Shown one piece after another: positions 40,046 to 53,764 of a stretch of 64,000 bases of DNA. Numbering within the stretch: the first letter of the stretch is position 1; every line of letters starts with the position of its first letter. Below the pieces are notes generated by a model. The model made no database searches. It was not told the DNA's origin and was given only the letters and a program-made list of their open reading frames with translations. A program made the translations under genes and the position numbers. The DNA comes from Eledone cirrhosa (Eukaryota), in NCBI GenBank assembly GCA_964016885.1, contig OZ024740.1, positions 84,816,001 through 84,880,000 of the forward strand, written 5' to 3'.

Positions 40046-41089
40046 CAGAACTTTACACCTGTCTAGGGAGTGGCTCTATACTCAGTATGCAGAAAAGAAG
40101 TAGGTAGAAACTCAATACAATCCATAATACAAACAATGTGTGCATAGAATGAGCAGTGTGGTTTCAAGCAGGCTGACAACAAAAAAGGACTTCATATGGC
40201 ATGTGATAGATACATAAAAGTAGTAGTTAGCAGTAAGAGCAACAAAGTAAAAAAATTCTTTCAACTGTTGTGAAGTATTGCTAGAAGTAGTTAACAACTG
40301 TTACCTAGGTGACCTGATTTACAATGGAAGTGGCTGGTGCAGAAAATTAATAGTCAGAGTTAGAACAGCTTGGAAAAAGTTCAAATTTATAGTGCAGCGG
40401 GTATTTTACAACACTGCACCATCTATACATGTGGTGTTTAAAAGTCATTAAAAAAATCAGTCTACAGTATATTTCTTACTTTAATATTTATAACGTTCAC
40501 AATAAATGCAATTAGTGGCTGTTTAATCTTAAGTTTCATCCAAGTGATCAGTTTTTCAAAATAGACTGTTTTTAAAAGTCAATAACTCTTCATCATCATT
40601 TAACATCAATATATTCTATGCTGACATGGGTTGGATAGGTTGTGACACACCAAATTTGTCCTTAATAGGAGCTACAGTCCTGACAAACAACCCAGGACAT
40701 CTACATACTTTTGAATTTTGGCATGGTTTCTACAGCAGGATGGTTTTCCTATTACCAACCACTTTACATAGTGTACTGAGTGCACTTTATCATGAAACCA
40801 GCACTAAGGAGGTTGTCATATCTTTAACACAACTGTATAGTCTTCCAAACCTTTTGGCATTTCTACAGTTGGATGCTCTTCCTAACACCAACTACTTTAT
40901 AGAGTGCACTGGGTCCAATTTTTCATGGTGCAAGGACTTGGGAGATTGCTGGTTACTGTCATCATTGACTTGAGTGAAGAACCCTCTCTACCCTGTGTGG
41001 GAATGGGATGGTGTACATTCATTGTTTTGTATTTGTTTTCTGTTATATTTTTTATTATAAGTCAGTCAGACGAAAAGATCTCTCGGCAC

Positions 41090-41235
41090 TCATAGAATAG
41101 CCTTGACCTTTGAAGATCTCCCAGACTTACAATAATTGATCTTTGAAGGCCTCACAGACATGAAATAGCCATGATCTTTGAAGGCCTCACTCACATAGAA
41201 TAGCCTTGACCTTTGAAGGCCCTGCGCTTTGAAGC
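41090..41235. repeat. Short tandem repeat of about 36-38 bp (aatagccttgacctttgaaggcc)
   Basis: Four imperfect units visible. Confidence 0.7.
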
Positions 41236-42329
41236 CACAAGTAGGGATGAAATAGTGAAAACATTTCCTGAATTCACCAGAGCTGCAGCAGTCACTGATA
41301 TTTAGATATTCAGATGATTGCAAATGATACGCAACACCACCTATAGACATCAAATAAGTAATTCTGATGAGTCGCAGGAAATTTAAATATCTACTCATGT
41401 TTATGTCCAGATTAAAAGAGGTGCCAGAAAATTGGTGACATACCTGTATTAATTTCTAAATCCACAGACAAAAGGCCACCATTGAATTAAGTGAGATCTA
41501 ATAAGGCTGCATCAACTGTTAACACCCTGTACCACATAAAACCACATTAGCAAGACATTTTTGCAAAGAAAAAACCATCACTATGGCTGCATCACATTAG
41601 AAATTCAAGGCTTTACTCTAATACTGCAAATTTCCACAATGATTTGTCCACTAGTAAAGATACTATGAATATTTGAATTAACAAACCCATTTTTAAAGTT
41701 ATTTTCTGCTAAATCATAACAAGATGTTAAGAGATAATGTAAATTTTATATTTATTATTAAAATCTAAAATGTAGAGAACTATTTTAAGATGAAGACAAG
41801 AAATAGTATAATGTGACATAAATCATTTTATTTAGTCAATGTTATAAACATTAGAATTATTTCTAGTTGTTAGGTAAGATTAACCATAACTGGGATCAAA
41901 TATTCAATAGCTAAATAAAGATTTTGAACATTGGCACAAGATGAATATTGGTGAAAGGAATAATTGATTAAATTACCAGAATATGACTGGTATTTTATTT
42001 TATCACCACCAGTTGGATAAAAATCAAAGTAATTCTGCCAAGATATAAATAAAAATAAATGTTGCAAGTTATTTTGTACTTTGCTCTATCATTCACTACT
42101 TTTAGTTTTTGTTTTCCTATTTTTTTTTACCACTTAGTCAGAGAGGGAAGGGCAACATCTACAATGCTTTAATCTTTCACAACCTTTGAGACTTGTGGAA
42201 GAGATGAACTTATCCACAAACCAAAGATGTGACACAAATGCTTACAACAGAGTGAACTCTGCTAAAGACATACAGGGACCAAGTGGTAGTGTTCAACAGG
42301 GTGACAGATTAAGTCAATTACTCATGTTT

Positions 42330-43330
42330 TTTTTATTCCGGGGTCATTCTGCAGATAAAAATCGATAGGGGGGGTCACCTTTTTTTAGGTATCGAAAATT
42401 AAGATTTTTGGCTCTAGCTCTCACATTTTGCCACCGATTTCGTTCAAATTTTAAAGCAAAATAGAATTTATCTTTGCACATCCTGTAATGGCCTTATATT
42501 TTGCATTTGTTGTTCAGGGACGGCGTGGCAGCCACTTAAATATTCAAAAATACCACTTTTAGACTCAAATTTCCACTTTTTCGGCTCTAGCTCCCACATT
42601 AATCAATCTACTTTGTTCAAATTTTACACTACGCTAGATCTGATTATTTCACATCTTAAAGTGGCTTTACATTTTGGATTTTTTGTTCAGGAACAGCGTG
42701 GCAGCCGCTTAAATATTCGAAAATACCACCTTTTCGGCTCTAGCTCCCATTTTTCAACCGATTTCGTTCAAATTCGAAACTTCAGCTCTACCTCACACAT
42801 AAATCAATTTATTTGGTTCAATTTTTATACTGCGATAGAACCTATCATTGCACATCTTATCGTAGCTTTATACTTTGCATTTTTTGTTCAGAGACGGCGA
42901 CCTATCATTAGCTCCCACATTTTTCAACCGATTTCGTTCAAATTCGAAACTTCGTCTCCACCTCACACATAAATCAATTTATTTGGTTCAACTTTTATAC
43001 TACGATAAAACCTATCATTGCACATCTTATAGATGGTCAAAGGCAAAACAATGGCCACTGACGTCGTCTGAGCTTTTAGTTGTGTATTTGAGAATTCATC
43101 GGTTTCCAATCAAGTAGCATGAGTGTTAGAGGTCATTACCTCCCTCCCCCAGCATGCCCCTTCGTCAGTCACCTACGTTTCTCAGTGATAGAGGTCATCA
43201 CCACCCTCCCCCACATGGCCTGTGTGTGTCCATAGATGAGTCATCGAGAAGCAGTCGCTAAGATCAACACCTTTTCATCAAAGCAGATATTATTTTACCT
43301 ACCCAGGCAACGCTGGGTACTGCTGCTAGT
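42330..43330 (+). mobile_element. Non-autonomous Helitron-like element with internal tandem repeats
   Basis: 3' hairpin ACCCAG-gcaacg-CTGGGT (43301-43318) followed by CTAG-T (43326-43330). Repeated block ggctctagctcccacatttt..ccgatttcgttcaaatt. The 5' boundary is uncertain. Confidence 0.6.
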
Positions 43331-43429
43331 ATTTAATAAATTATTGTATCAAATTTACTGCCTCAGATCAAAATGAGCAGTTTCCATTTTACCTTTGATA
43401 AGAACATAACAATCTTTCTGATGCAAATA

Positions 43430-43810
43430 TTTCAATAAAATGCACTCAATACATTTTGGAAAGTGGAAATGCTGGTTCCATGATAAAATGCATCCACTAC
43501 ACCCTGTAAATTGGTAGGGCTGGTCCCACAAAAAATGTACCTATTACACTCTGTTAAATGCAAGTGCTGGTGTCAAGATAAAATGCATCTGGTACATTCT
43601 ATAAAATTGTAGTGCTGGTTCCATAAACTGCATCCAGTGCACTCTGTAAATTGGTAGTGCTGGTACCATGATATAATGCACTTAGTACACCCTGTAAAGT
43701 GATAGTACTGGTGTCACAATAAAATGCATTCAGTACATTATATAACATTGTAGTGCTGCTTCTACAATAAAATGCATCTTGTACACCCTGTAAAAACCAT
43801 GCCAAAAATG
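43430..43810 (+). repeat. Degenerate minisatellite of about 45 bp (gtagtgctggt.cc...ataaaatgca.ccagtacac.ctgtaaa)
   Basis: About eight units visible. The same unit occurs at 1060-1290, 1860-2020, 26250-26450 and 60930-61050 and in the RTE 3' UTR. Confidence 0.7.
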
Positions 43811-46800
43811 AAATCTTAGACCATGACAACCCACCGAACTGATGGCAACATGGAGAACATGTAAAATGATGACAAAATATAAGTAAAACAAATTATATGC
43901 TTGTGTAATTTTCTTTTCTCAATTTAGTTTTAACCTTTTCAGTTACTGTGTCCACAAAGGTTACATTTATTTGGTTACTGTATACAAGAACCTTCATCAC
44001 ATTATGTTCCAAACACCAGCTTAATAGCAACAAGGCTAGTTATATTACTAAATCCCTCCAAAATCTTATTCTCAAAATGATTTGAAAATCATAGGCAGAG
44101 TTTGTATTCAAAATATGATAAAGAAAGGATTGGAAGGGTCAGTTTTTTTTTTTTTTTTTTTTTTTTTTTAAGCGAGTATGTTAGAATCAATGTCCAAACG
44201 TGTGATAAGACAAGTGGAGGAGAGAAGCAATAGTACAGGCTGTTACAGATTATATTGCGGTGATGGTAGAATAGTGGTGTGTTATTTCACCTGTGAACTA
44301 ACCTCCACAGCTGGGTGAGAATTTGGGCTTTACTGTACTATGACATTGATTGCCAGTTAATTAAATAAACTCCAATACTTGACTGATATATTATTCATTT
44401 TACCAACCACAGAAGAACGAAATGCAATGTCAGACTCAACCAATTTGAACTCAAAATCTAAAAAGCCAGAACAAATACTACAAGGCACTTCGTCTGGCTA
44501 GCAATTGAATCAGTGATAAGGTTAGCAAGAGAGGACTCTTTAGTCTTCTTGAAGATATGACATCTCTAGTGTTGATGCCACAAGAAAAGGCTTCAATTAT
44601 ACTCTGTAAAGTGAGTGTAAGAAAGGCAAAGATGACATCGGCAAGATTTGAAAACATTGTAAAGAGTTAGAACAAATGCCACAATGGTATTTTATTCGCC
44701 AATCCACCATCCTTGTTAAGTTAATAATATTAGAAGTGTCTTAGTGGCCAGTTCTAAACATACTTTAAGGAAATCAAGTTAATTGTGATGCACAATATTT
44801 TCTAAGTACCCTCTATGGAAGATGGTAGATCACCTTGAATATCGATGAGGGATTATATAAAATCAGCTCTACCAGTGCCAATTTAGGGCTAAGCAACAGA
44901 GAAGATATTAATGGTTAGCAAACCAGGAAGACCATTAGTCGAGAGTACTCAATACATGCTAAGGTGCAGTGGGGTAGTAATATAGTTATTATTCTACAGA
45001 ATCAGCTTACCATAAGGAATAACTATTTTGAATTATTGGTGTTATTATATTATCATATATATATACATTAAATTATGATGACGATATATGTATGAGTGTG
45101 TACACACACACCCACACACCATACAATATAATTCAAATACAAGTTATACAATGATGTTAGAACATTTTCGAATACTTAACAAGATAAACTAATTAGACCT
45201 AAGATCTTAAAATTATTATAAAATAAATTAAGCTTATGTAATTCTGTAAACAAAGTATTGTGAAAATCAAATACACTGCCTTCACCACAACCGTCTATTG
45301 AGTAGTGAAACTGGAACTAAGATGTTTTTCGGTCCTCTCATTATTCATTTCATTTTGCATAGATAGATATAAGGTAATTTTAATCATAGTAAATTATTCT
45401 CTTTACAATGTCAGCAGACCATCAGTAAAGAGGTGATTAACCTTATTAACTACACAAGAACCTAATCTGCCTTGATTTAAGTAGCACAGGTGAGATTTTG
45501 AGGTCAGTATAGCAAGCTAACAAATAAGTGGTTAATTCTTTTCTCGACCTCCAACAAAGAACTCTACCTTCACAAGGTACCTATTTATGTTAGAAAGACG
45601 AGAGTACTGGTGCCTCTACAAAGTAGCTATTTAGGATAAAACATAAAACAACAGTGGTAACCTCAAAAGCTTCTGTATGTTTTTTGAGATTATCAATGTT
45701 CTTTAGCTATGACTTCATTTTTTTTAGTGTATCTAGGACTATATTAGCTGAAGCATCCCTTTTCAAGGAAGTAGGGTGTGATTTGAGGAAGTTTTGGCAG
45801 TTAATTCTAGGTCAAGAGACTACATAGACTCTCTAATTAGCTAGTCATGAGGACTATTGTGTCCTCTGGTTATGTTAGGGTGTATTGTAGTTGAAATGTT
45901 GCATGAGTATGTGATTTCTTTCAACCACATTTTGCTCCTAATAACAGGAATATGCAAAATGCAAACAAAAATCTAGGAGCACTTTGTTAATCAAGAACAT
46001 TTGTCTTGCAAAAATTTGGCTCACCAGTTCCTCTCCTACATCCTCAGTTTAATATCCATTTCTCTAGCTTAGTAAGGATTGGATGAGTTTGACATCTTTC
46101 CATGTTTCAATACTGCTTCATTCCATCTGCAAAGCCAAATTTTCTAAATTCCTTTCTAAACAATAATGAAAATAACCATCTTCATTACACCAAAGGGGAA
46201 AAAGCAGTAGCCATGTCCCTTTATTTTTTAATTTCCAGAGCTTCTAGGATTACTGACAGAAATGATTCATGATTGAGAAGTGGAGGATTAAAAGTCATTT
46301 CCAATAAATCAGTAACAAGCAATACAGTAGGCTCCCAGAATTTGTGAAACCATTTCATTACTATATTTATAATAAAGACATCACTGAATTTGAAGAGATT
46401 TTGTAATACAAGTTAGCATTTGGAACATAACTTCAGAAAACTTTGCCCATAAAATTACGATGGAAGGCTTTTAGATGAATAAACAGCTTTGTATCTTAAA
46501 ACCAGAAATAACTAGATATCGAAAGTGTTAATTTTCTAGAAGTTACAAAAGAAAAGATGAAACAGAAAATTTAATGAGACAATATCTTAGAAATCTGAAA
46601 ATGATCAGCATAAGATTTAAAAGAATTAAGATTAAACCCATCAGGGAAACAATAAAAAGGATGAGAGTTCCATACGACAGGTATTCAAGGAAAGAAACAA
46701 CTAGAGTAGAAACTCTTGATACAAGAGATACCTGCAGCAGTTGGAGGTAGCAATACTCAATTAAATTATCTTCATAAAGGTGATCCTGATCAGAATGCAT

Positions 46801-46818
46801 ATAACAAAATGAACTCTA

Positions 46819-47057
46819 TTAACCCTTTAGTTACCAACCCCAGCCAAAACCGGCTCTGATTCTATGGAATAAAATCACCCATTTTAAAAATTTCCAATTT
46901 AAATTAAAATCTTCCAACATAATTTTATATAAGAAACTTACACCAAGTTACTATTTTAGTAATGAAATAAAAATAGTGTTAGAAATCCTTCAAAATTCTT
47001 CATTAATTAATTAAATTAGACTGTATTTCATTAGAAATGCAGTCATGAAAGGGTTAA
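46819..47057. mobile_element. Second piggyBac-type MITE family
   Basis: TTAA-CCCTTT...AAAGGG-TTAA with a different interior. Related fragments near 29677, 53011 and 62350-62475. Confidence 0.6.
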
Positions 47058-47878
47058 AGACACTCAGGACTAGGTGTGGATGTTAAACTGGGTAACAGAT
47101 AAAGCTCCCCCCCCCCCCTTCGGCACAGTTTCTGTAGATACAATTTCGCACACAAAGGTTTGGTTTGGCCTGAAGTTATGATTGAACACTTGCACAAAGT
47201 GCTACACACCAAGATCTACCTGAACCTGAAACCATATAAGTATAAAACAAACTTCTTAACTACACATGCATTGCATTAAAAAGGGGTGACAACATTCTCT
47301 AGCAAATGTGTACTACCAATAATTTATTAATCCTAATATTTGAAATAAGAACCTCACAAGTATTGAGGTTGATATAATCTATTGTTCTTTTCTGCTAAAA
47401 TATGTAGCCTGGTGTGTAAGTTATAAGTCAATAATAGTCAGACAAACTATGCCATATGGTATTTAAGAAATAACGACATAATAAAACTAACTATACTACT
47501 AGCATTAAGACATTCCCTAAAAAAAAACAATATACAATGGTAATGAAATATATTATATGTAATAAAAACACACAAAGTCATGTGTCATAAAGTTGTAATA
47601 AAATACACACTGTAGCTAAATAGAATATCAATATTCAAACATTAAGTTTAAAAAAGGTTTTACACTTATCTCTATTTTTTCCCCAGACAAACTGAGGCAA
47701 TACTATAACTAAAAGGGGAATATAAATGCAGGATTAGCTTTGTGGTTAAGAAGTTCATTTTACAACCACCCAATTCCAAATTTGATCCCATGGTAATGAG
47801 GACAGGTCTTACAATAGTCTTAGGTAGACAAATGCCTTGTGAGTAAAATTGAGTAATGGAAAATATGTGGAAACCATC

Positions 47879-47912
<34 letters not shown>

Positions 47913-49199
47913 GTTCTAACTGCTCACAGAATATTAGAACCAACATTTAAAATATTTGATAAAATTGATATACCAATCGAAACCGGTAATATTTGATAAA
48001 ATTTAAATCCACTTAATGTAACAATTATAAAATTACTCATTGTCGGATTAAATAAAAATATAATCGTTAAATATACCTGAGTGCTTTTTCACTTATATTT
48101 TTTATCTATAACATTTGATCTTTAGGGTTCAACTATATATACATGACAGACCAGCCAACATATACTCTTGAGTCTCAAATAATGGGGGGGGGGGGGGAAT
48201 AAGCGGGGAGTTAAAAAATCGGTAAATTTTCTAGGTTATCTCCGTTGATTTTTTTTTTAAAAACCAGAATTATTCGTTTAATTTATATAATGAGACCTCA
48301 ACCCATCCTATCTATTTTATAACATGGGATTTCTAGTAATGTACTTTTTTGTATGTTTTTTAATGTATAAAAAAAATTTAAAAAAAAAAAAAATTGTGGG
48401 TGGGGTGTATGAAAAATTAATAAGCGGGGAGGGAGAGACATGAGAGTACCAGTATAGAAAAGCAAGTGCAAAATAATGAATAGACACACAGTTAAATAGA
48501 CTATGTATGTTCATATCAGTGGGGTTAGAACATTATAAAGAAATACCCTGTATTCATGTCAGATTGAATTATTTCCCCTTACACTAATGTTCTCTTCCCA
48601 TTTTTCATGAGAAAAATAAATTAAAGTAGCAATATACTTTTAGTTAATGTCCCAGCATGGTCGCAATCCAATGATTGAAACCAATGACAGATTAAAAAAT
48701 GTTATTTTTATATTATTTTCAATTTACTGCCTGCTTATAAATTAAATATGCAACTATTTCATTTCTACAATAGTCATCATCATCATTTAAAATCCATTTT
48801 CCCTTTACCATTTATATTATTCTATATTTACTATTATATTTCCATGGTAAAGGCTTTACCTCACATAATATCGAATCTATGAGATTTTGATATTTATTTT
48901 GAGAACAATACATTAACATCACTATGAGCGGCCAGTTACAGCTGGTTTGAACAGAGAGAATTCTGGTCGGATACAATTAGTTTAACTGCTAAAGGGTTAA
49001 ACTCAATTAATCGTAATATTTGAAATAAGAACGTCACAAGTACTGAGGCTGATATAATCTACTGTTTTCTGCTAAAATGTATAGCCTGGTGTGTAATTTA
49101 TAAGTTAATAGTAATCAAACTTACTCAAGATACTATCAGTCTTTTCACAACTTCCCTATATACAGCTCAACATCATTCTCATCTGCAGCTACCTCTACA

Positions 49200-49420
49200 T
49201 ACAAAGGGGAGCTGAAAAGTTCCTGATTTTAAGAATATCACGAAAGGATAGATAGAAGCCCAACCTTCCGGGTTCTTTTTACAGGGCTTAAAAAAACTGA
49301 AGAACTGCTGCAATAAGTGTGGGAATCTGAGAGGGTAATATGTTGAATAAAATCATAATTAACTGATCCTCTTGTATTTTCTTTTACCCAAAGCCAGTAA
49401 CTTTTTCGCACCACCTCGTA
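49200..49420. mobile_element. Mariner-type MITE
   Basis: TA-CAAAGGGGAGCTGAAAAGTTCCTG... / ...CAGTAACTTTTTCGCACCACCTCG-TA imperfect TIRs with TA TSD. Confidence 0.65.
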
Positions 49421-50864
49421 TATGGAATATATGAGCAAGATGAGGTCATTCTACCTTGCTTGGTCTTGGAACATGAAACCCATGCTAGTACAGAAATCAT
49501 GTGTATGCACAAAGTGAAAAAAATATATTTAATATATATTTTGTTTATTCAATCCAAGCTGATGTTAATATACATTTGCTCAAGCATGAACAGATGTATA
49601 TAGCATTAAACTTGAAGTAGCAATGGAGTGAATTATCAACTTCAAATATATATATAATGACTATCAATTGTCTTAACATAAACAAATCAACAACGAATCC
49701 AACGTTATCTATGAATTCAAGTAAACACAATCCATAAACCTTCATTCAACTCCCTCCACTCACCAGACATAAAAATAACAATTAAACACAAGCTACAAAA
49801 CCATCCCCTGCAGCAATTACTGTTAAGGGGGTGATGGATATAATCAGGCTGCATATATATAAAGAACAAAGAGAAATATGTAAATTCAATGTGATAGGAT
49901 ATATATATTTTTTTAAATACAAAAATATTAGACAATCACAAATCTTTCATCTATTAATAGCTTTTGGTCAACCCAATCCTTGTGAACAATATTGAGTACA
50001 TGGAAGCCTGACTGGTGGGTTGTACCTGTAATTGAAAGGGCCAACCTTGTCACAGACTGTGTCAAGCTGAATTTCCCTGTGAATTACGTCAAGGGTACAC
50101 ATCTCTATAGAATGCTCAGCCACTTGCACATTAATTTCACAAGCAAGCATTTGAAGAAACTGGAATACTTATTGCTGAAAACAGCAGAGGTCCATTCCAT
50201 ACCAGTTTGATGTAAAAACAGCAATATTTGCTGACTAAATCAAGCCTCATTGGTTAGGACATTACACAGGGGAGAAAATAACAGAATTATTGAGGTGTAA
50301 ATTATAATGAATGCAGGCATAGTTATGTTTAAGAAGTTCGATTGCTTTAAAATTATATGGTTTCAGGTTTGATGCCACTGTGCAGCATCTTGTGAAAATG
50401 TTTTCCAATATAAACTTGGGTTGACAAAAGACTTGCAGGTAGAATTTGATAGACAGAAACTGTGTGGAAGCCTGTCAGAGAGACCATTCATATTCTTGGG
50501 TAGTAGACTTAATCTGCTGTTCAGTTTAACACCATGTCCTTTCCTTTGAACCCCTTTAATAAAGAACACTCTGAGGTAAACATTCAGACCAAATCTCCAA
50601 TATAAGGATAGCTAACTCCCTTTCCTATGCCAGTTTTGAAGGCCCTGAAAAGGGGCAGAAACACTGCCTGTTCTCTTTTGATTAAGCCATTAAAAAAGAA
50701 AAACAAAATAGAAACATCAAGTAAAGTTGGATTCCTTCCCCAATTATCTCTAATTCATGAAATGAAATTTAGAATTACAATGCATCTATCTGTAAAATGC
50801 ATTACAAATATGGTGCTTTCCCAGCAGCTATGGGATACACATAACACCTATAATTGCAATCAGT

Positions 50865-51220
50865 GGATGCAGCATGGTCAAATAGTTAAGGAGTTAACTT
50901 CACAATCATTAGTTTCCAAGTATGATTCCACTGCGTGGCATCCTGGGCAAGTGTCAGTTACCATAGCCATGGGTCGACCCATACCTTGTGATCACAATTA
51001 GGTAGGCAGAAATTGTTTGGAAGCCCATTGAATGGACCATACCTGTAATTCTAAGGACCAGCCTTGACACACATCATGATGAATCGTCTTGAAAATCACA
51101 TTAAGGGTACTTATGTTTGTCGAATGCGCAGCCACTTACATGTTGATTTCACAAGCAGGCTAGGCCATTGATCAAACAACTGGAACACTCATCGTTGAAA
51201 CAGATGGAGGTCCATTCCAA
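50865..51220 (+). mobile_element. Second tRNA-derived SINE family (related copies near 34150-34500, 49960-50200, 50320-50480, 47730-47875 and 2710-3200)
   Basis: Recurrent blocks ggttaag...ttcacaa, catc.tgggcaagtgtc, gtag.cagaaa.tgt.tggaagcc and acctgtaatt...ggccagcctt. Confidence 0.6.
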
Positions 51221-52296
51221 TTGCAGTTAATAACAAGACAAGAGAACAGATTTGAAACCATCAACATCATAAACAGACATTAACAAAGAGTTTTATTTAT
51301 CTCTTAATACCTGACTCCCAGAGATCGTTATGGCAATACTTCTTGCTATTGCTATAACTATATGGCAATAAAATTTACTGAATCCTTTAACAGCTACTAA
51401 AGTGATGATGGTGGTCGCTGAATATGTTATCTCTTGTTTGTTTATTTTGGGCAGCACTACTAGCAGGAAGACATGAAGTTACCAGAGTATACTTCACTAA
51501 AAACACTGAATGACCAGATGGTGTTTCGCCCCAGAATTCTTGATCAAGTAAACATGAGCAAAGGCATATGGATTATGACCAACCCATCTATGTTGGGCTA
51601 ACCTATTCAATGTACCATCACTATTTAAAAGATGATTTAAGGGAAATTAGGCTGCTATTTTTAGCAGTCATATAGAAGTTGGCTCAGCCTTTTATGGTTT
51701 TATATAAATGTAGCTTTTTATCTCTAAATGGGACCTGATTAAACAAAGCTTCTGATCAAAAATATTTTACAAGAATATTATCCAATTTGTCCTTCCTGGG
51801 AAGTTTAGCTATTTCTAGCTAGTTAAACGGACATTATTTTGTAAGGCCATGTGCACCCAGGACCACATTATCCAATGTGCTCCTTAGAATGTAAGATTTA
51901 GCTGCTGTTTCTAGTAGATCAAACAACCATGTAGACAATCCTTTGTTGATCTGAATGCTTCGTGAATTCAGTCCTCAATATTTTCAATTATTAAAAACAT
52001 CTCATTCAACAAATGTAAATGACAATAAAATTGGGACCCTACCATTAATAAACCCAAGAAATCTCCCATGAGATGCAAACTCATAGGACACCTAATCCTA
52101 TGCATGTAGGAGCTGTATCAACAACAAATTACAAAGATAAAGCTATTTGTGAGTTGCAGAAAGTTTCCATCATTCATTTGAGAGCAAATAAAAAATAAGT
52201 CAGTTCAATTAACATAACATTATATATATACACACACACACATCAATTTCATCATCTATATTGTCATACTCATTGCTATCAATCATCATTGTTTTA

Positions 52297-52484
52297 TGGT
52301 GGATTGGCAGTATCGGTAGAGGGTCGGACGCTATGCTTTGACGCATAGAGTTACGGCCCTTGCCATTCTGAGTTCGAATCCCGCCGAGGTTAACTTTGCC
52401 TTTCATCCTTACGGGGTCGATAAAATAAAGTACCAGTAATGCACTGGGTAATTGCTGGCCTTGTGCAAAAAAATAGAAACAATT
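52297..52484 (+). mobile_element. Same SINE family
   Basis: ggtggattggcagtatcggtagaggg...gagttcgaatcccgccgagg...tagaaacaat. Confidence 0.85.
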
Positions 52485-53764
52485 ATGTTTTATATTATAC
52501 AGCATGGCCTCAGCCGGATGGCTGAAACAGGTAAAAGAGTAATAAACTTTTCATGATCTAGTGAAATAAATTACTAATGTGTTTCAATTAATATATAGAA
52601 TGATCAAGAATTTAAGGATTTAGTTCAATTTGATATTAGGAACATGACTAAAAGCTTTTACATGAAATTGACAGAAAGTTCAAATTTGTATATATACACT
52701 TTGAAATGGACAGATTTTGTATCACAGAACCAAGACAATGTTAGATGGGTTGATATCAAAAGGTCTATCACATTGTCCAGAAAGTGTGAACTAACATTGT
52801 CATACTGACTATCATCATCATTGTCATGTTAGATATTACATACACCATTAACATCACATTATCCAGAAAGTGGGAACTATATTAGGTAAATGTGACAACT
52901 CTTTAATTGATTATGTTCTATCATTCTTTTGTTAGACCAATTAAGAGTTCAATGGCAGTGGAAACATAAAACTCTGTGTGAGGTACTCAACATATTAATA
53001 GAACAGGTTGTTTAACCCCTTCATTACAATATTTCTAATGAAATATACTGTGTGTTTTAATTCATTTTGAAAATAATCAAAAATGTTGAGGGATTTACTA
53101 AAATAACTTTTTCATTTTAAGCTGCTGTTTGAATCAACAAAATTTCCTGACATAATGAACTGCTTTGTATCATAGAAGAGTCAATTTCAAGGGATTAAGT
53201 ACATTAGCATTTCCTTTGTAAAATACATTTCTGAAATTGAATAAGCAACAAATAATAATAATAATAATGGTAAGTTATATAATAATAAAAACATGGTTGT
53301 ATCAGCAGCAGCAATAATAATAATAATAATTACAAATAGGTGTTTTTTTTTATTCTTCATATATTTGTTTGAATTTTTTATCCAGTTAGAGAAGAGTGAA
53401 AGTTTCAAAAGAAGGATATGTATGCATGTATATATAAATATATACACATGCATATACATGTGAGTGGTTGTATATACACACACATATATATATATATATT
53501 CATACATAAACCAACAGAGAACAAGAGGGCGAGAAAGATATAGAGTATGGTCTGGATTGGAACAGAAACCACACACATATACACACACATAAATTAAAGT
53601 CAGAGATTTCAAAAAATAAACACACATGCCCACACAAATTCACATATCAATTGTGAAATTATACATCATCTGTAAACAAAAGTAGGAAAATATCTGGCAG
53701 TAGAGCAAAGTGGATATTTTTGAAGAAGTCAACATTTTGATTTCAGTTTAGATGTGGGGAAGTT

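Noticed and set aside
43430-43810. Regularly spaced repeats resembling a CRISPR array
   Set aside because: Eukaryotic context, degenerate contiguous units without unique spacers, and no cas genes.
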